A DNA stretch of 38,802 nt from a virus (IMGVR_UViG_3300048599_000745:1-38802), one strand, 5' to 3'; shown: positions 8,553-16,648, counted from the first letter of the stretch. Numbers and translations are program-made. Notes: generated by a model not told the origin, from the sequence alone.

Positions 8553-8645
8553 AGTTTCGCAAATAATGCGAATTAGTCAAGCGGATTTCGCGGAAATTAC
8601 GAAAATCGTTTGCGTCTCGGAACTTCGATTCGCAAATTGCGCGAT
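8553..8645 (-). promoter_or_regulatory. PL/OL-like region: three operators and a leftward promoter
   Basis: TTCGCA-AATAA-TGCGAA (8556-8572), TTCGCG-GAAAT-TACGAA (8587-8603), TTCGCA-AATTG-CGCGAT (8629-8645); minus-strand TTGACT (8580-8575)-16 nt-GAAACT brackets the perfect site. Confidence 0.8.
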
Positions 8646-8699
8646 GGACGAAACGGGAACGACCCGGCTCTCATGCTCGGTCAGCGTGTGGAGGGCCCT

Positions 8700-8993
8700 A
8701 TGCGCGCAACCTTGTTTACAGCACTCGGAGTCTGTCTGGTTTGGGTGCCGGCCGCGCAGGCTTATTGCGTCAAGCCGAGCGCGCCTTGGTGCGCAGACGG
8801 CCTCCTGACTTCGAACAAGCCGTTCGAGAGTGATCACCAGTTCCGCATGTGCAAAATGGATGTGGAGTTGTTTCTTGAGGCGGTGGACCGCTGGGCGGTC
8901 TGCGAAGCGACCGAGCAAAAGAACGAGGTCATTGAAGCGTTCAACTGCCGAGCGAGGGGTGGCCGGCTCGTTGGATTGGTATGTTTTGAATGA
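8700..8993 (+). CDS. Exported Cys-rich hypothetical protein
   Basis: GGAGG SD; signal peptide ending AAQA; six Cys in mature part. Confidence 0.8.
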   Translation: MRATLFTALGVCLVWVPAAQAYCVKPSAPWCADGLLTSNKPFESDHQFRMCKMDVELFLEAVDRWAVCEATEQKNEVIEAFNCRARGGRLVGLVCFE

Positions 8994-9325
8994 CTGAACA
9001 CGAGGCCTGGCGCCACCTGCGGCGGCCGCTGCCGCGCTGGTGGTGGAGCTACCGCGGCGGTGGGGCGGTGCGCTGGCCGGAGCTGGGCATTGGCTTCGAG
9101 GCTCGGCGCGGGGAGCCGCCGGACGATGTAATCTGGCGCTGCTTCGTCGCCAGGCGGACGCTGGAGCGGATCTGCCGGGCCCAGCTCACCGAGCGCGAAA
9201 TGCTGCGCTGCTGGGCCGAGCACGGGCCACGGTTCGAAGTCGGGGCGCGGCGGAAGATCGAAGCGCTGCGGATGCCGGCGGCGCGCCTGGTGGTTGTCGA
9301 GCTGGCGGATCTCGAATGGGACTGA
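8990..9325 (+). CDS. Hypothetical protein (loosely DUF1488-like)
   Basis: ATGA coupling; IGFEA...WRCFVARRTLE...RFEVGARRKI...VVELADL pattern; family call is tentative. Confidence 0.6.
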   Translation: MTEHEAWRHLRRPLPRWWWSYRGGGAVRWPELGIGFEARRGEPPDDVIWRCFVARRTLERICRAQLTEREMLRCWAEHGPRFEVGARRKIEALRMPAARLVVVELADLEWD

Positions 9326-9789
9326 GGATCCTGCTGCTGATCCTGCTGCTGGTGCCGCCGCGCCTCGCGATGGCGGAGATCCTGGCCGGCCGGGCCACCG
9401 TGATCGACGGCGACACCCTCGAGATCCACGGCGAGCGCGTCCGCATTTTGGACATCGACGCGCCCGAAAGCCGGCAACTCTGCACGGATGCCATCGGCGC
9501 TGCGTACCGCTGCGGCCAGCGGGCGGCGCTGGCCTTGGCGGACTGGATCGGGGACCAGGTGGTGAGCTGCGATACGACGAAGCTGGACCGCTACGGGCGG
9601 CACCTGGCGCGCTGCTCGGTGGCTGGCGCGGACATGGCCACCTGGCTGGCGGACAGCGGCCTGGCGGTGCCCTACCGGGACTGCAAGTGCGAGGTGGTCA
9701 GGAGCGCGGCGGCGGGCGCCGAAGCGGCCCGGCGTGGGATCTGGGCCGGGGCGTTCGAAATGCCGTGGGTGTGGCGTAAAGCGAACTGA
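9316..9789 (+). CDS. Secreted thermonuclease (SNase family)
   Basis: Signal peptide; VIDGDTL, VRILDIDAPE, DRYGRHLA, ARRGIWAG...PWVWR. Confidence 0.93.
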   Translation: MGLRILLLILLLVPPRLAMAEILAGRATVIDGDTLEIHGERVRILDIDAPESRQLCTDAIGAAYRCGQRAALALADWIGDQVVSCDTTKLDRYGRHLARCSVAGADMATWLADSGLAVPYRDCKCEVVRSAAAGAEAARRGIWAGAFEMPWVWRKAN

Positions 9790-9826
9790 AGGCTGAACGG
9801 GCCCGGGGAACGGCGTTCCTGGCGGG

Positions 9827-10180
9827 CTATTGGGTGGTCTGCGTTTGGGTCTGCGCCGCGGGCGGCCGGTTCAAGATGTCGTCGCGCACCGATTCCATCT
9901 TGTCGCCGATCAGCCACCAGAGCAGGCCGCCAATAATCGGAATCAAGAAGATGCACGCGAACAACCCGCCCTTGATGAGCGTCAGGGTGTTCTCGATCGA
10001 GCCAAGCCGGCTGGAGGAATCCTTAACATCATCGATGAGCCGGTCGACAGACTTCGTGAGCTTGCCGATCTCCACCATGACAAAACGAATGTCGGAAGTG
10101 GGATAAAGCTCCGTCGGCGGCACCGTATTTGGATATTCTTTTGGAGTTCCCTCGTTAGAATTTTTGGGCCCCTTAGCCAT
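9827..10180 (-). CDS. Coiled-coil plus transmembrane accessory protein
   Basis: Heptad-like segment then GGLFACIFLIPIIGGLLWWLIG; AT-richer codons; overlaps the upstream gene stop. Confidence 0.8.
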   Translation of the reverse strand: MAKGPKNSNEGTPKEYPNTVPPTELYPTSDIRFVMVEIGKLTKSVDRLIDDVKDSSSRLGSIENTLTLIKGGLFACIFLIPIIGGLLWWLIGDKMESVRDDILNRPPAAQTQTQTTQ

Positions 10181-10448
10181 GCGGCCCCCCGTCCCACTTC
10201 AGACGAATCCACTCCCAAATGTCCGTCCTATGCCGCCCGTAATACGTGCTGATGCCGGCAATGAAGATGGAATTTCCCGCATTGCCAGAAGTGACATCGA
10301 GCTTGTCGGACAGCTGACGCGTCGTGAGCTCGGCCGCGACCAGCCATTGGCCAGGGCCAATCTGGATGTGATCGTTTGGATACAGCCGTGCGATCGCGCT
10401 GGCGAGCACCGGGCTTTCGGTCGCGGCAGTGATAATGAAGATGGCCAT
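10173..10448 (-). CDS. Small accessory protein, possible ferredoxin-like (Cas2/VapD-type) fold
   Basis: MAIFIITA...GQWLVAAELTTRQLSDKL...IFIAGISTYYG...IWEWI; minus-strand TAGAAT at 10480-10475 upstream; fold call is inference. Confidence 0.7.
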   Translation of the reverse strand: MAIFIITAATESPVLASAIARLYPNDHIQIGPGQWLVAAELTTRQLSDKLDVTSGNAGNSIFIAGISTYYGRHRTDIWEWIRLKWDGGPHG

Positions 10449-10544
10449 GCGGTCCCCAAGCGCATTCCTGCGCAATTCTAGTAAAGGAACATTGTCGGAG
10501 TGTAAACGGGGGACGTAACCCTAAGTTGCTGTTCGCGTTAAGTT

Positions 10545-11174
10545 TCAGTTTCCGTTCGGCGGGATGATCGCCCGGACCCGGGCGGCGCGCTCGATCTCGA
10601 CATCCTCGATCGGCGCTGCATTCGTAGATATGAGGTTGAACCGGCCCCGTTGGTAGCCCCGGCGGACCTGTTTCACGAGCCGCCGGCCGTCCGCCAGCTC
10701 CACCACGCACAGCTTCCCGAGCATATCGTCCGCCGTCAGCGGCCGGGACCGGGTCACGAAGACCGTGGACCGCGGCTCGATCGGGAGCATGGAATCGCCC
10801 TCCACGATCAGCGCCTCGGTGTCGTCGGGGTTGAGCTCGTGGGGGCACTCGACCTCGTAGTCTCCCTCCCAGCGCGGCAGTTCCTCGATCGGGAACACCT
10901 CCGCGCCGGCGCCCACATAGCCGATGATGCGCGCCAGACTGCGCGTTGCGCTCGTCAGGATCTCCGCCGGCGAGACACCCAGGGCCGCTGCGATCGGCTC
11001 CAGCTCGCGCACATCGAGCCCAGTCTTGCCGCTCTCAATCCTCGAAACCTTGTGATGGTCCCAGGTCTCGCCAATGCGGCGCGCGAGCTCGGCCTGGGAA
11101 ATTCCCATGCGCTCGCGGATCTCCCGGATGCGATTTGGCGCGGGTTCGTCGAAAGAGCGGGGCCGACCGACCAT
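10545..11174 (-). CDS. cI: CI-like repressor (XRE HTH + S24 autopeptidase)
   Basis: NRIREIRERMGISQAELARRIG HTH; VGAG Ala-Gly cleavage site; VEGDSMLP Ser and LVKQV Lys; divergent from cro. Confidence 0.93.
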   Translation of the reverse strand: MVGRPRSFDEPAPNRIREIRERMGISQAELARRIGETWDHHKVSRIESGKTGLDVRELEPIAAALGVSPAEILTSATRSLARIIGYVGAGAEVFPIEELPRWEGDYEVECPHELNPDDTEALIVEGDSMLPIEPRSTVFVTRSRPLTADDMLGKLCVVELADGRRLVKQVRRGYQRGRFNLISTNAAPIEDVEIERAARVRAIIPPNGN

Positions 11175-11184
11175 GCCCCGAGGT

Positions 11185-11304
11185 TTCGCGGAATTTGCAA
11201 AACCGGTCCATTGTAAAGACTGCGAAATCACCTTGACAGTTTCGCAAATACTGCGAAATAGTAAACCCACCACATCTTGTGGCCGATTTCACAAAACGCG
11301 CAAA
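11185..11304. promoter_or_regulatory. OR/PR-like switch: four operator-like sites and a rightward promoter
   Basis: TTCGCG-GAATT-TGCAAA (11185-11201), ATTGTA-AAGAC-TGCGAA (11210-11226), TTCGCA-AATAC-TGCGAA (11241-11257), TTCACA-AAACG-CGCAAA (11288-11304); TTGACA (11233-11238)-18 nt-AATAGT. Confidence 0.85.
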
Positions 11305-11309
11305 ATACC

Positions 11310-11531
11310 ATGAAACTGAAAACATATCGGGAACAGAATGGCTTGACGCTCGAGGCCATGGCGGCCCGCGTGGCGGAGAAGCTTGGGAAGCGCGTCGATC
11401 TGCAGATCATTCACCGGATCGAGCGCGGGCAGCTACCGAAGCGGGACATGGCCAAGGCAATTGTCGAGGCCACGGATGGCCAGGTCACGCCGAACGACTT
11501 CTACGACCTCGGCGAAGACCGGGCGGCCTGA
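11310..11531 (+). CDS. cro: Cro-like HTH regulator
   Basis: MKLKTYREQNGLTLEAMAARV...IHRIERG...IVEATDGQVTPNDFY; divergent from cI. Confidence 0.9.
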   Translation: MKLKTYREQNGLTLEAMAARVAEKLGKRVDLQIIHRIERGQLPKRDMAKAIVEATDGQVTPNDFYDLGEDRAA

Positions 11532-11872
11532 TGGGCACGAAGTCCAACGCGAAGCGCAAGCGCCGGCGGGAACGGCTCTGGGGCTCGCAGGGTGGACTTT
11601 GCCATTGGTGCGGCAAGCCGATGCGCCACTGGAACGATTGCCCCGAGGTGACGACCAACGTGCGGCCGCTGCCGGCCGATCTGGCGACCATCGACCACCT
11701 GCGCGACCGCTTCGATCCGACGCGCGGCGAGCGCACGCGCAACGGCGAACAGCGCTGGGTCTTGGCGCACCAGAAATGCAATCAGGAGCGGGGCCGGAAG
11801 CGCGAAGTCGAGTTTGGAAAGCGCGCTCCCAGGCGCGCAGCGGTCAGCCGTGGCCAGCGGAGGGCAGCATGA
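11531..11872 (+). CDS. HNH endonuclease
   Basis: QGGLCHWCG...ATIDHL...VLAHQKCNQERG; TGATG coupling. Confidence 0.88.
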   Translation: MGTKSNAKRKRRRERLWGSQGGLCHWCGKPMRHWNDCPEVTTNVRPLPADLATIDHLRDRFDPTRGERTRNGEQRWVLAHQKCNQERGRKREVEFGKRAPRRAAVSRGQRRAA

Positions 11873-12093
11873 GCGGCTGCCGCTACATCCACGGCGACCC
11901 GCGCGCGCCTGGCTGGTGCTGGTGCGACGCACCAACGCTGCCCGAGCGCCCGTACTGCGCCGATCACTGGCGCCTGACCCACATCACGCCTGGCACCTCG
12001 GATGAGCGCCGCGAATGCGCGCGCATGAACATCCTGGCCGCCTCAGGCGCCGGGCGGCTCGCCGAGCACGCCCATTACATCCCGGCTTTCTGA
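11869..12093 (+). CDS. GcrA C-terminal-domain-like protein
   Basis: CRYIHGDP...WCDAP...PYCADH resembles the GcrA CRWPxGDP...FCG...PYCxxH motif; ATGA coupling. Confidence 0.75.
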   Translation: MSGCRYIHGDPRAPGWCWCDAPTLPERPYCADHWRLTHITPGTSDERRECARMNILAASGAGRLAEHAHYIPAF

Positions 12094-12120
12094 TCCACGG
12101 AATCAGAGGAGAGAGAGGAC

Positions 12121-12678
12121 ATGGCGAAACGAGGACCCAAACCCAAGGCAGCGAAGGCCGAACAGCAGGCGGCGGAGGAATCCGGCGCCGAGATCCAGCA
12201 GGCCAACACCAGCGTGGACCAGGTCGAGTTCAACAAGCACCGCGAGAACATCCTGAACAAGCTGGCGACGAAGGACGCCGCGGTGGCCGCCCTGCGCAAT
12301 GCGCGGAAGGCGGCGGAGGAAAAGGGCATCGACACCAAAGCCTTCGACCTCACCCACAAGCTGGCGAAGCTGGATCCGCTCACGCGGAAGCGGATCATGA
12401 ACAACGTGGCGACGTACGCCAATTGGATGGACCTGCCGCTCGGCCTCTATGGCGCGCTGAACGCCGATGGTGCGCCGGAGGGTGGGCAGGGGCCGAAGAA
12501 GGCCGCCAACGCCCATGACGCGTACCAGCATGGATACGAAGCGCGGAAGGCCGGCATCCCGCGCGACCGCAACCCCTATCCGACCGGCAATGACGCCGAG
12601 CTGTGGACGAACGCCTGGGATGACGCTGACCGCGACATCGCCAGCGGGAAGCTGCAGCCCACGCCGGCCGCGGCCTGA
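12121..12678 (+). CDS. GapR (DUF2312)-like domain fused to an RMF-like C-terminal domain
   Basis: LRNARKAAEEKGIDTKAF...LAKLD...TYANWMDL (GapR-like); AYQHGYEA...NPYP...WTNAW (RMF-like); strong SD. Confidence 0.65.
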   Translation: MAKRGPKPKAAKAEQQAAEESGAEIQQANTSVDQVEFNKHRENILNKLATKDAAVAALRNARKAAEEKGIDTKAFDLTHKLAKLDPLTRKRIMNNVATYANWMDLPLGLYGALNADGAPEGGQGPKKAANAHDAYQHGYEARKAGIPRDRNPYPTGNDAELWTNAWDDADRDIASGKLQPTPAAA

Positions 12679-12710
12679 TCGTCACCTACAAACCAGTGGA
12701 GAAAATTAAC

Positions 12711-13091
12711 ATGGCACGCAAGAACCAGGCGGCAATGGCCGCCGATCCGGCGGAGAAGCCGGCGAACGACACGACCACCACCGCCGAAACCGAACAGGCT
12801 GCCCAGCAGCAGGATCCGGCGCCGGAAGCGGAGCGGGTCGATCCGCCCGCCGATGTCGAGCAGCAGGATGATCCCCTGCCGCCGGCGGCCAGCACCGACC
12901 CGGCGCCCGAGCCACAGCCGGCGGTGCCCTACGTTCACCAGAGCGGCTTCCGCCGTGTCACGAACGAGGAGAAGCAGCGGACGGAGGTGCACGTCGACAT
13001 CTTCATCGATGCGCCGGACCGCGTGAAGATGGGCACCACGGTGTTCCCCTCGGATATCTGGTCCAACCTCATCGCAGCGGTGGGGCGGTAG
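12711..13091 (+). CDS. Hypothetical protein with Pro/Ala/acidic disordered N-terminus
   Basis: GGAG SD upstream of ATG 12711. Confidence 0.75.
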   Translation: MARKNQAAMAADPAEKPANDTTTTAETEQAAQQQDPAPEAERVDPPADVEQQDDPLPPAASTDPAPEPQPAVPYVHQSGFRRVTNEEKQRTEVHVDIFIDAPDRVKMGTTVFPSDIWSNLIAAVGR

Positions 13092-13095
13092 GCAC

Positions 13096-13587
13096 ATGGG
13101 CGCCGTCCTCGCTCTCGACCTTGGCAACCGCACCGGCTGGGCGCTCCGGCTCCCAGACGGGCGGAAGCATCACGGTCATGTGGACTTCCATCGCGGAGGC
13201 CACGAGCGGGACGGCGCGCCCTTCCTTCGGTTCCGCGCCTGGCTGATCGAGCAGCACAGCAAGGTGCAGGCGGCCGGCGGCGAGATCTCGCTTGTGGTCT
13301 TTGAGCGGCTGGACTTCATCCCGCGCAAGAACGGTTACAAGTCCGCGTTTTCGTGGGGCGCCTATTGGGGCGCGCTCACGGCCTGGTGCGAGCATCACGG
13401 CTTCGCCTATCTGCCGGTGGCGGCGGCAACGCTCAAGAAATCCGCGACCGGCAGTGGCCGCGCGACCAAGGGTGACATCATCGCCGCGTTGCAGGCCGCC
13501 GGGTTCCAGGTGACGGACGACAACGAAGCCGACGCCATCGCGCTGCTCGAATACGGCTTGAAGGTGCAGGAGAAGGCGAATGGCTAA
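13096..13587 (+). CDS. RuvC-like Holliday junction resolvase (phage type)
   Basis: VLALDLG...TGWA, VVFE, LKKSATGSGRATK, DDNEADAIAL. Confidence 0.88.
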   Translation: MGAVLALDLGNRTGWALRLPDGRKHHGHVDFHRGGHERDGAPFLRFRAWLIEQHSKVQAAGGEISLVVFERLDFIPRKNGYKSAFSWGAYWGALTAWCEHHGFAYLPVAAATLKKSATGSGRATKGDIIAALQAAGFQVTDDNEADAIALLEYGLKVQEKANG

Positions 13588-14164
13588 CGGCGCCGATTTC
13601 GATGTTCGCACGGTGAAGGACTTCAAGCGCGCCGATGCGGATTGGTACGTCGAGCCCGCGTGGGCCGTCGAGCTGCTGCTGGCGGCCGAGCGGTTCGTGG
13701 GCGACATCTGGGACCCGTGCGCGGGCATCGGCACCATCGTGAAGGCGTGCCAGGCCGCTGGCCTCGAAGCCCACGGCAGCGACCTTCACGACCGCTCCGA
13801 AGCCATCCTGGGCGAGCTCGACTTCCTCTCCGATCATGGCGACACGGCGGACAACATCATCTTCAACCCGCCATATGGGCAGGCCCAGGCCTTCATCGAG
13901 AAAGCGCTGGCCTGCGCCACCCACAAGGTGGCGGCGATCCTGCAGCAGCAGTTCCCATTCTCCCAGCGGCGCTATGCATTCTTCGAGAAGCACCGGCCGG
14001 CGCGGATCTACTACCTCAGCACCAGGCCGTCGATGCCGCCGGGCACCAAGCTGCTGGAGGGGTCGATCGAGGCGAAGGGCGGCAAGACCGACTATCTCTG
14101 GATGGTCTGGTCGCACGATCACTGCGGGCCGACGCAGGCATTCTGGCTCAAGAGGGACGCATGA
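13580..14164 (+). CDS. Orphan amino (likely N6-adenine) DNA methyltransferase
   Basis: WDPCAGIG SAM-binding motif and FNPPY catalytic motif. Confidence 0.85.
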   Translation: MANGADFDVRTVKDFKRADADWYVEPAWAVELLLAAERFVGDIWDPCAGIGTIVKACQAAGLEAHGSDLHDRSEAILGELDFLSDHGDTADNIIFNPPYGQAQAFIEKALACATHKVAAILQQQFPFSQRRYAFFEKHRPARIYYLSTRPSMPPGTKLLEGSIEAKGGKTDYLWMVWSHDHCGPTQAFWLKRDA

Positions 14165-15051
14165 CCGATCCCCGCCGGCAACCCTGGCTGAAGTGGTACC
14201 CGTCCGACTGGCGCGCGGAGCCCGGCCTGCGCATGTGCGGCTGGGCGGCGCGCGGCCTCTGGATCGACATGCTCGGCCTGATGCACGAAGCCGAGCCCTA
14301 CGGCCACTTGGTCATCAACGGCAACGCGCCGACGCCCAAGCAGCTCGCCATGCTGCTGGGCGGCGGAAGCCCGCGCGATGTCGAGCGGCTGCTGGCGGAG
14401 CTGGAAGGGGCAGGGGTCTTCAGCCGCACGCCGGACGGCACCGTCTACTCGCGCCGGATGGTCCGGGACCGGGGCCGCGCGCAAGAGGGGAGGGACTGGG
14501 CGAATAAGCGATGGGCCAATGGGGAAGAGGATGGGTCACCCAATAAGGACCCCAATGGGTCACCCAATGGGTCCCCCACCGACTTACCCATTACTCAGAA
14601 GCTAGATGCTAGAAGCCAGATGCCAGAATCATTCTCGCTTCGCTCGAATGATGGCGACCCCCCGCCTGACCTGGCCGCGCTGGCGGTGACCGAGTGGAAC
14701 ACGCTTGCGCAGCGCATCGGCTTGCCGAGCGTGCAGCGATTGACACCGCAGCGGAAAGCGAAGCTCAGCAAGCGCCTCAGCGATGCCGGCGGGATCGAGG
14801 GTTGGCGACTGGCCCTGGCCAAGCTCGAGGCCAACCGCTGGATGCACGGCGACAACGACCGCGGCTGGAAGGCCGGATTTGACTTCCTGCTGCAGGAATC
14901 CAGCTTCACCAAGCTGATGGAAGGTGCCTATGACCGATCAAGCTCGAACGGCCCTGGTGCCGGTGGAGCGAAGCATTCCAACGGTTTCGCTGCCGTCCTC
15001 GCTGAAGGCGGCGGTGATGACACCGACCGAGATTCGCTATTCCGACGATGA
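14161..15051 (+). CDS. Phage replication initiator protein
   Basis: PWLKWYPSDW...ARGLWIDML...YSRRMVRD N-terminus; internal iterons; WKAGFDFLL...KLMEGAYD C-terminus. Confidence 0.85.
   Translation: MTDPRRQPWLKWYPSDWRAEPGLRMCGWAARGLWIDMLGLMHEAEPYGHLVINGNAPTPKQLAMLLGGGSPRDVERLLAELEGAGVFSRTPDGTVYSRRMVRDRGRAQEGRDWANKRWANGEEDGSPNKDPNGSPNGSPTDLPITQKLDARSQMPESFSLRSNDGDPPPDLAALAVTEWNTLAQRIGLPSVQRLTPQRKAKLSKRLSDAGGIEGWRLALAKLEANRWMHGDNDRGWKAGFDFLLQESSFTKLMEGAYDRSSSNGPGAGGAKHSNGFAAVLAEGGGDDTDRDSLFRR
14511..14592 (+). repeat. Iterons of putative replication origin
   Basis: ATGGGTCACCCAAT at 14531-14544 and 14555-14568; several CCAATGGG quasi-palindromes in the initiator linker, as in lambda O. Confidence 0.8.
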
Positions 15052-15682
15052 CCGCGGCGCCTTCACGGTGGCGCTCGCCTGGCGCCTGCCGGAGCGCATC
15101 ACGCCCGAGCTCATCGCGGCCGCTAAGCGCTTCCTGCCTGCCACCGAGGACGCGCTGAAGCCGGCGCCGCGGCAGAAGGCGAAGGACTGGCTGGCGATGC
15201 TCGGGACCCTCTGCGCCGGCCAGATGACAGCCGCCGATGCCAAAGCCAAGATCGGGGTCTACGTGCCGCTGATGGAAGCGCCGGAGCTGGTGCTGACGCG
15301 CGAGACGCTGCGCGAGGCCGGCGAGCGGTTCAAATGGTTCCCGAGCTTCGCCGAGATCTCCGCGTTCATGGACGAGAAGGTCGGGCCGATCAAGCAGCTC
15401 CGCGCGCGCCTCGAAGCTCTCGCCAACGCCAAGCCGACGCTGCCGCCGCCGAGCAAGGGCAAGGCCTGGTCGGAGCTGACGGACGAGGAAAAGGCGGCGC
15501 ACAACGCCGCGATGGACGCCTTCCGGGCCAAATGCGCCGAGCCCGGACCGAAGCCGCTGGCGCAGGCCATCTCCGTCCCGCCTGCGCTCAAGGAGAAGGT
15601 TCTGCCGCGCTCCGACGACGCCAAGGCCCTCATCGCCCAAGGCGTCTCAGCTGGCGCCACAGAGCGGGAAACGGCGGCATGA
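14930..15682 (+). CDS. Replication accessory protein (helicase-loader position); start uncertain (14930 or 15017)
   Basis: Follows the initiator; FKWFPSFAEI motif resembles loader/inhibitor-type phage proteins. Confidence 0.65.
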   Translation: MTDQARTALVPVERSIPTVSLPSSLKAAVMTPTEIRYSDDDRGAFTVALAWRLPERITPELIAAAKRFLPATEDALKPAPRQKAKDWLAMLGTLCAGQMTAADAKAKIGVYVPLMEAPELVLTRETLREAGERFKWFPSFAEISAFMDEKVGPIKQLRARLEALANAKPTLPPPSKGKAWSELTDEEKAAHNAAMDAFRAKCAEPGPKPLAQAISVPPALKEKVLPRSDDAKALIAQGVSAGATERETAA

Positions 15683-16044
15683 GCCGCAATCCGAAGCTCA
15701 ACCCCGCACCTGGTGACCGTCTGCTGATCAAGGGCGATGTCGCGTTGGTGCTGCCGAGCGATGGCCCCACGCTGGTGAAGTTCGAATGGCGAGGCCAGGA
15801 ATGGCAGGGCGGCCTTGCGCGCTGGCAGAACGGCGTGGCCGCCGCTCAGCTCTTGCCGCCGCGCGACCCTGCCACCGATCCGCGGCCCGGAGACAAGGCT
15901 TTCACTGCGGCCGGGGTCTTCATCTGCACCCATCTGGTCGAGGGTGCAGTCTGCTACTACGACACGGCGAGCCCAACCACGCCCTGCATGTGCGGCCCCG
16001 ACATCTGGGCGCGGATGGTCCGTGGCGAGCAGGTGGCGGCATGA
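15679..16044 (+). CDS. Hypothetical protein with two internal repeats
   Basis: ATGA coupling; RNPKLNPAPGD...W and RDPATDPRPGD...W. Confidence 0.7.
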   Translation: MSRNPKLNPAPGDRLLIKGDVALVLPSDGPTLVKFEWRGQEWQGGLARWQNGVAAAQLLPPRDPATDPRPGDKAFTAAGVFICTHLVEGAVCYYDTASPTTPCMCGPDIWARMVRGEQVAA

Positions 16045-16316
16045 CCGAAAAGGTGATCGACCTCGGCCAGGTGCGCGCCGGCCGCCAGCTCGCGATCGAT
16101 GCCAGCCTCCGCACCACCGCGGATGAAGACGTGCTCTGCCGCATCACCATCTACCGGTCAGCGCGCGTGAACGTCTGGATGGCCAGCGTGTTCGAGACCG
16201 AGCCGCAGAAGGATTGGCTGATCTCGCAGCTCGATGTGGCCGTGGACACCACCCTGGAGCTGCTGAACCAGCCCCAAGATCCTCGGCCCGACCCGCCGGG
16301 CCCCAGAGCGGCATAG
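16041..16316 (+). CDS. Hypothetical protein (MTEKVIDLGQVRA...)
   Basis: ATGA coupling. Confidence 0.7.
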   Translation: MTEKVIDLGQVRAGRQLAIDASLRTTADEDVLCRITIYRSARVNVWMASVFETEPQKDWLISQLDVAVDTTLELLNQPQDPRPDPPGPRAA

Positions 16317-16324
16317 GAGTCAGA

Positions 16325-16639
16325 ATGCACTTCGGGATCGTCAATGGACCGCTGATGGGCAAGACGCTGCCAGTCGCGGCGCGGCGTCTTTGGCTTGATC
16401 GCTTCGAGGATGGAGAGCGGAAGCCGCTCGTCTACGCTGAGGTGAGCGAGGCGCTCTACACTGACGAGGGGCTGCCGCTGATGGCGGTCGAGGGCACGGA
16501 ATGGGCCTTCTCGACCGATTGCGGCTATGCCTTCTTCGCCCATCCGGATTGGCCGCCCACGCTGCTCGACCTCCGCACTGGTACCGTGCATCCCTGCAGC
16601 CTGACCCAGCCAAATCAGGATAGGTCCCCCATTGGGTGA
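16325..16639 (+). CDS. Hypothetical protein (MHFGIVNGPL...)
   Basis: AGGAG SD at 16315-16319. Confidence 0.65.
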   Translation: MHFGIVNGPLMGKTLPVAARRLWLDRFEDGERKPLVYAEVSEALYTDEGLPLMAVEGTEWAFSTDCGYAFFAHPDWPPTLLDLRTGTVHPCSLTQPNQDRSPIG

Positions 16640-16648
16640 CCCATTGGG
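16628..16648 (-). repeat. Exact 21-bp inverted copy of origin iteron pair
   Basis: CCCATTGGGTGACCCATTGGG is the reverse complement of 14551-14571. Confidence 0.9.

Noticed and set aside
9800-9826. Terminator between convergent nuclease and membrane genes
   Set aside because: Only a short imperfect stem with no U-tract on either strand
13642-14160. N-terminal extension of the replication protein in the ORF track (469 aa)
   Set aside because: Overlaps the methyltransferase in another frame; ATG 14161 has an SD and ATGA coupling. Similar over-extended starts were trimmed for several other ORFs
13580-14164. Restriction-modification system (methyltransferase with HNH or RuvC-like nuclease)
   Set aside because: Neighbours are ordinary phage resolvase, HNH and replication genes; orphan methyltransferase is the simpler reading
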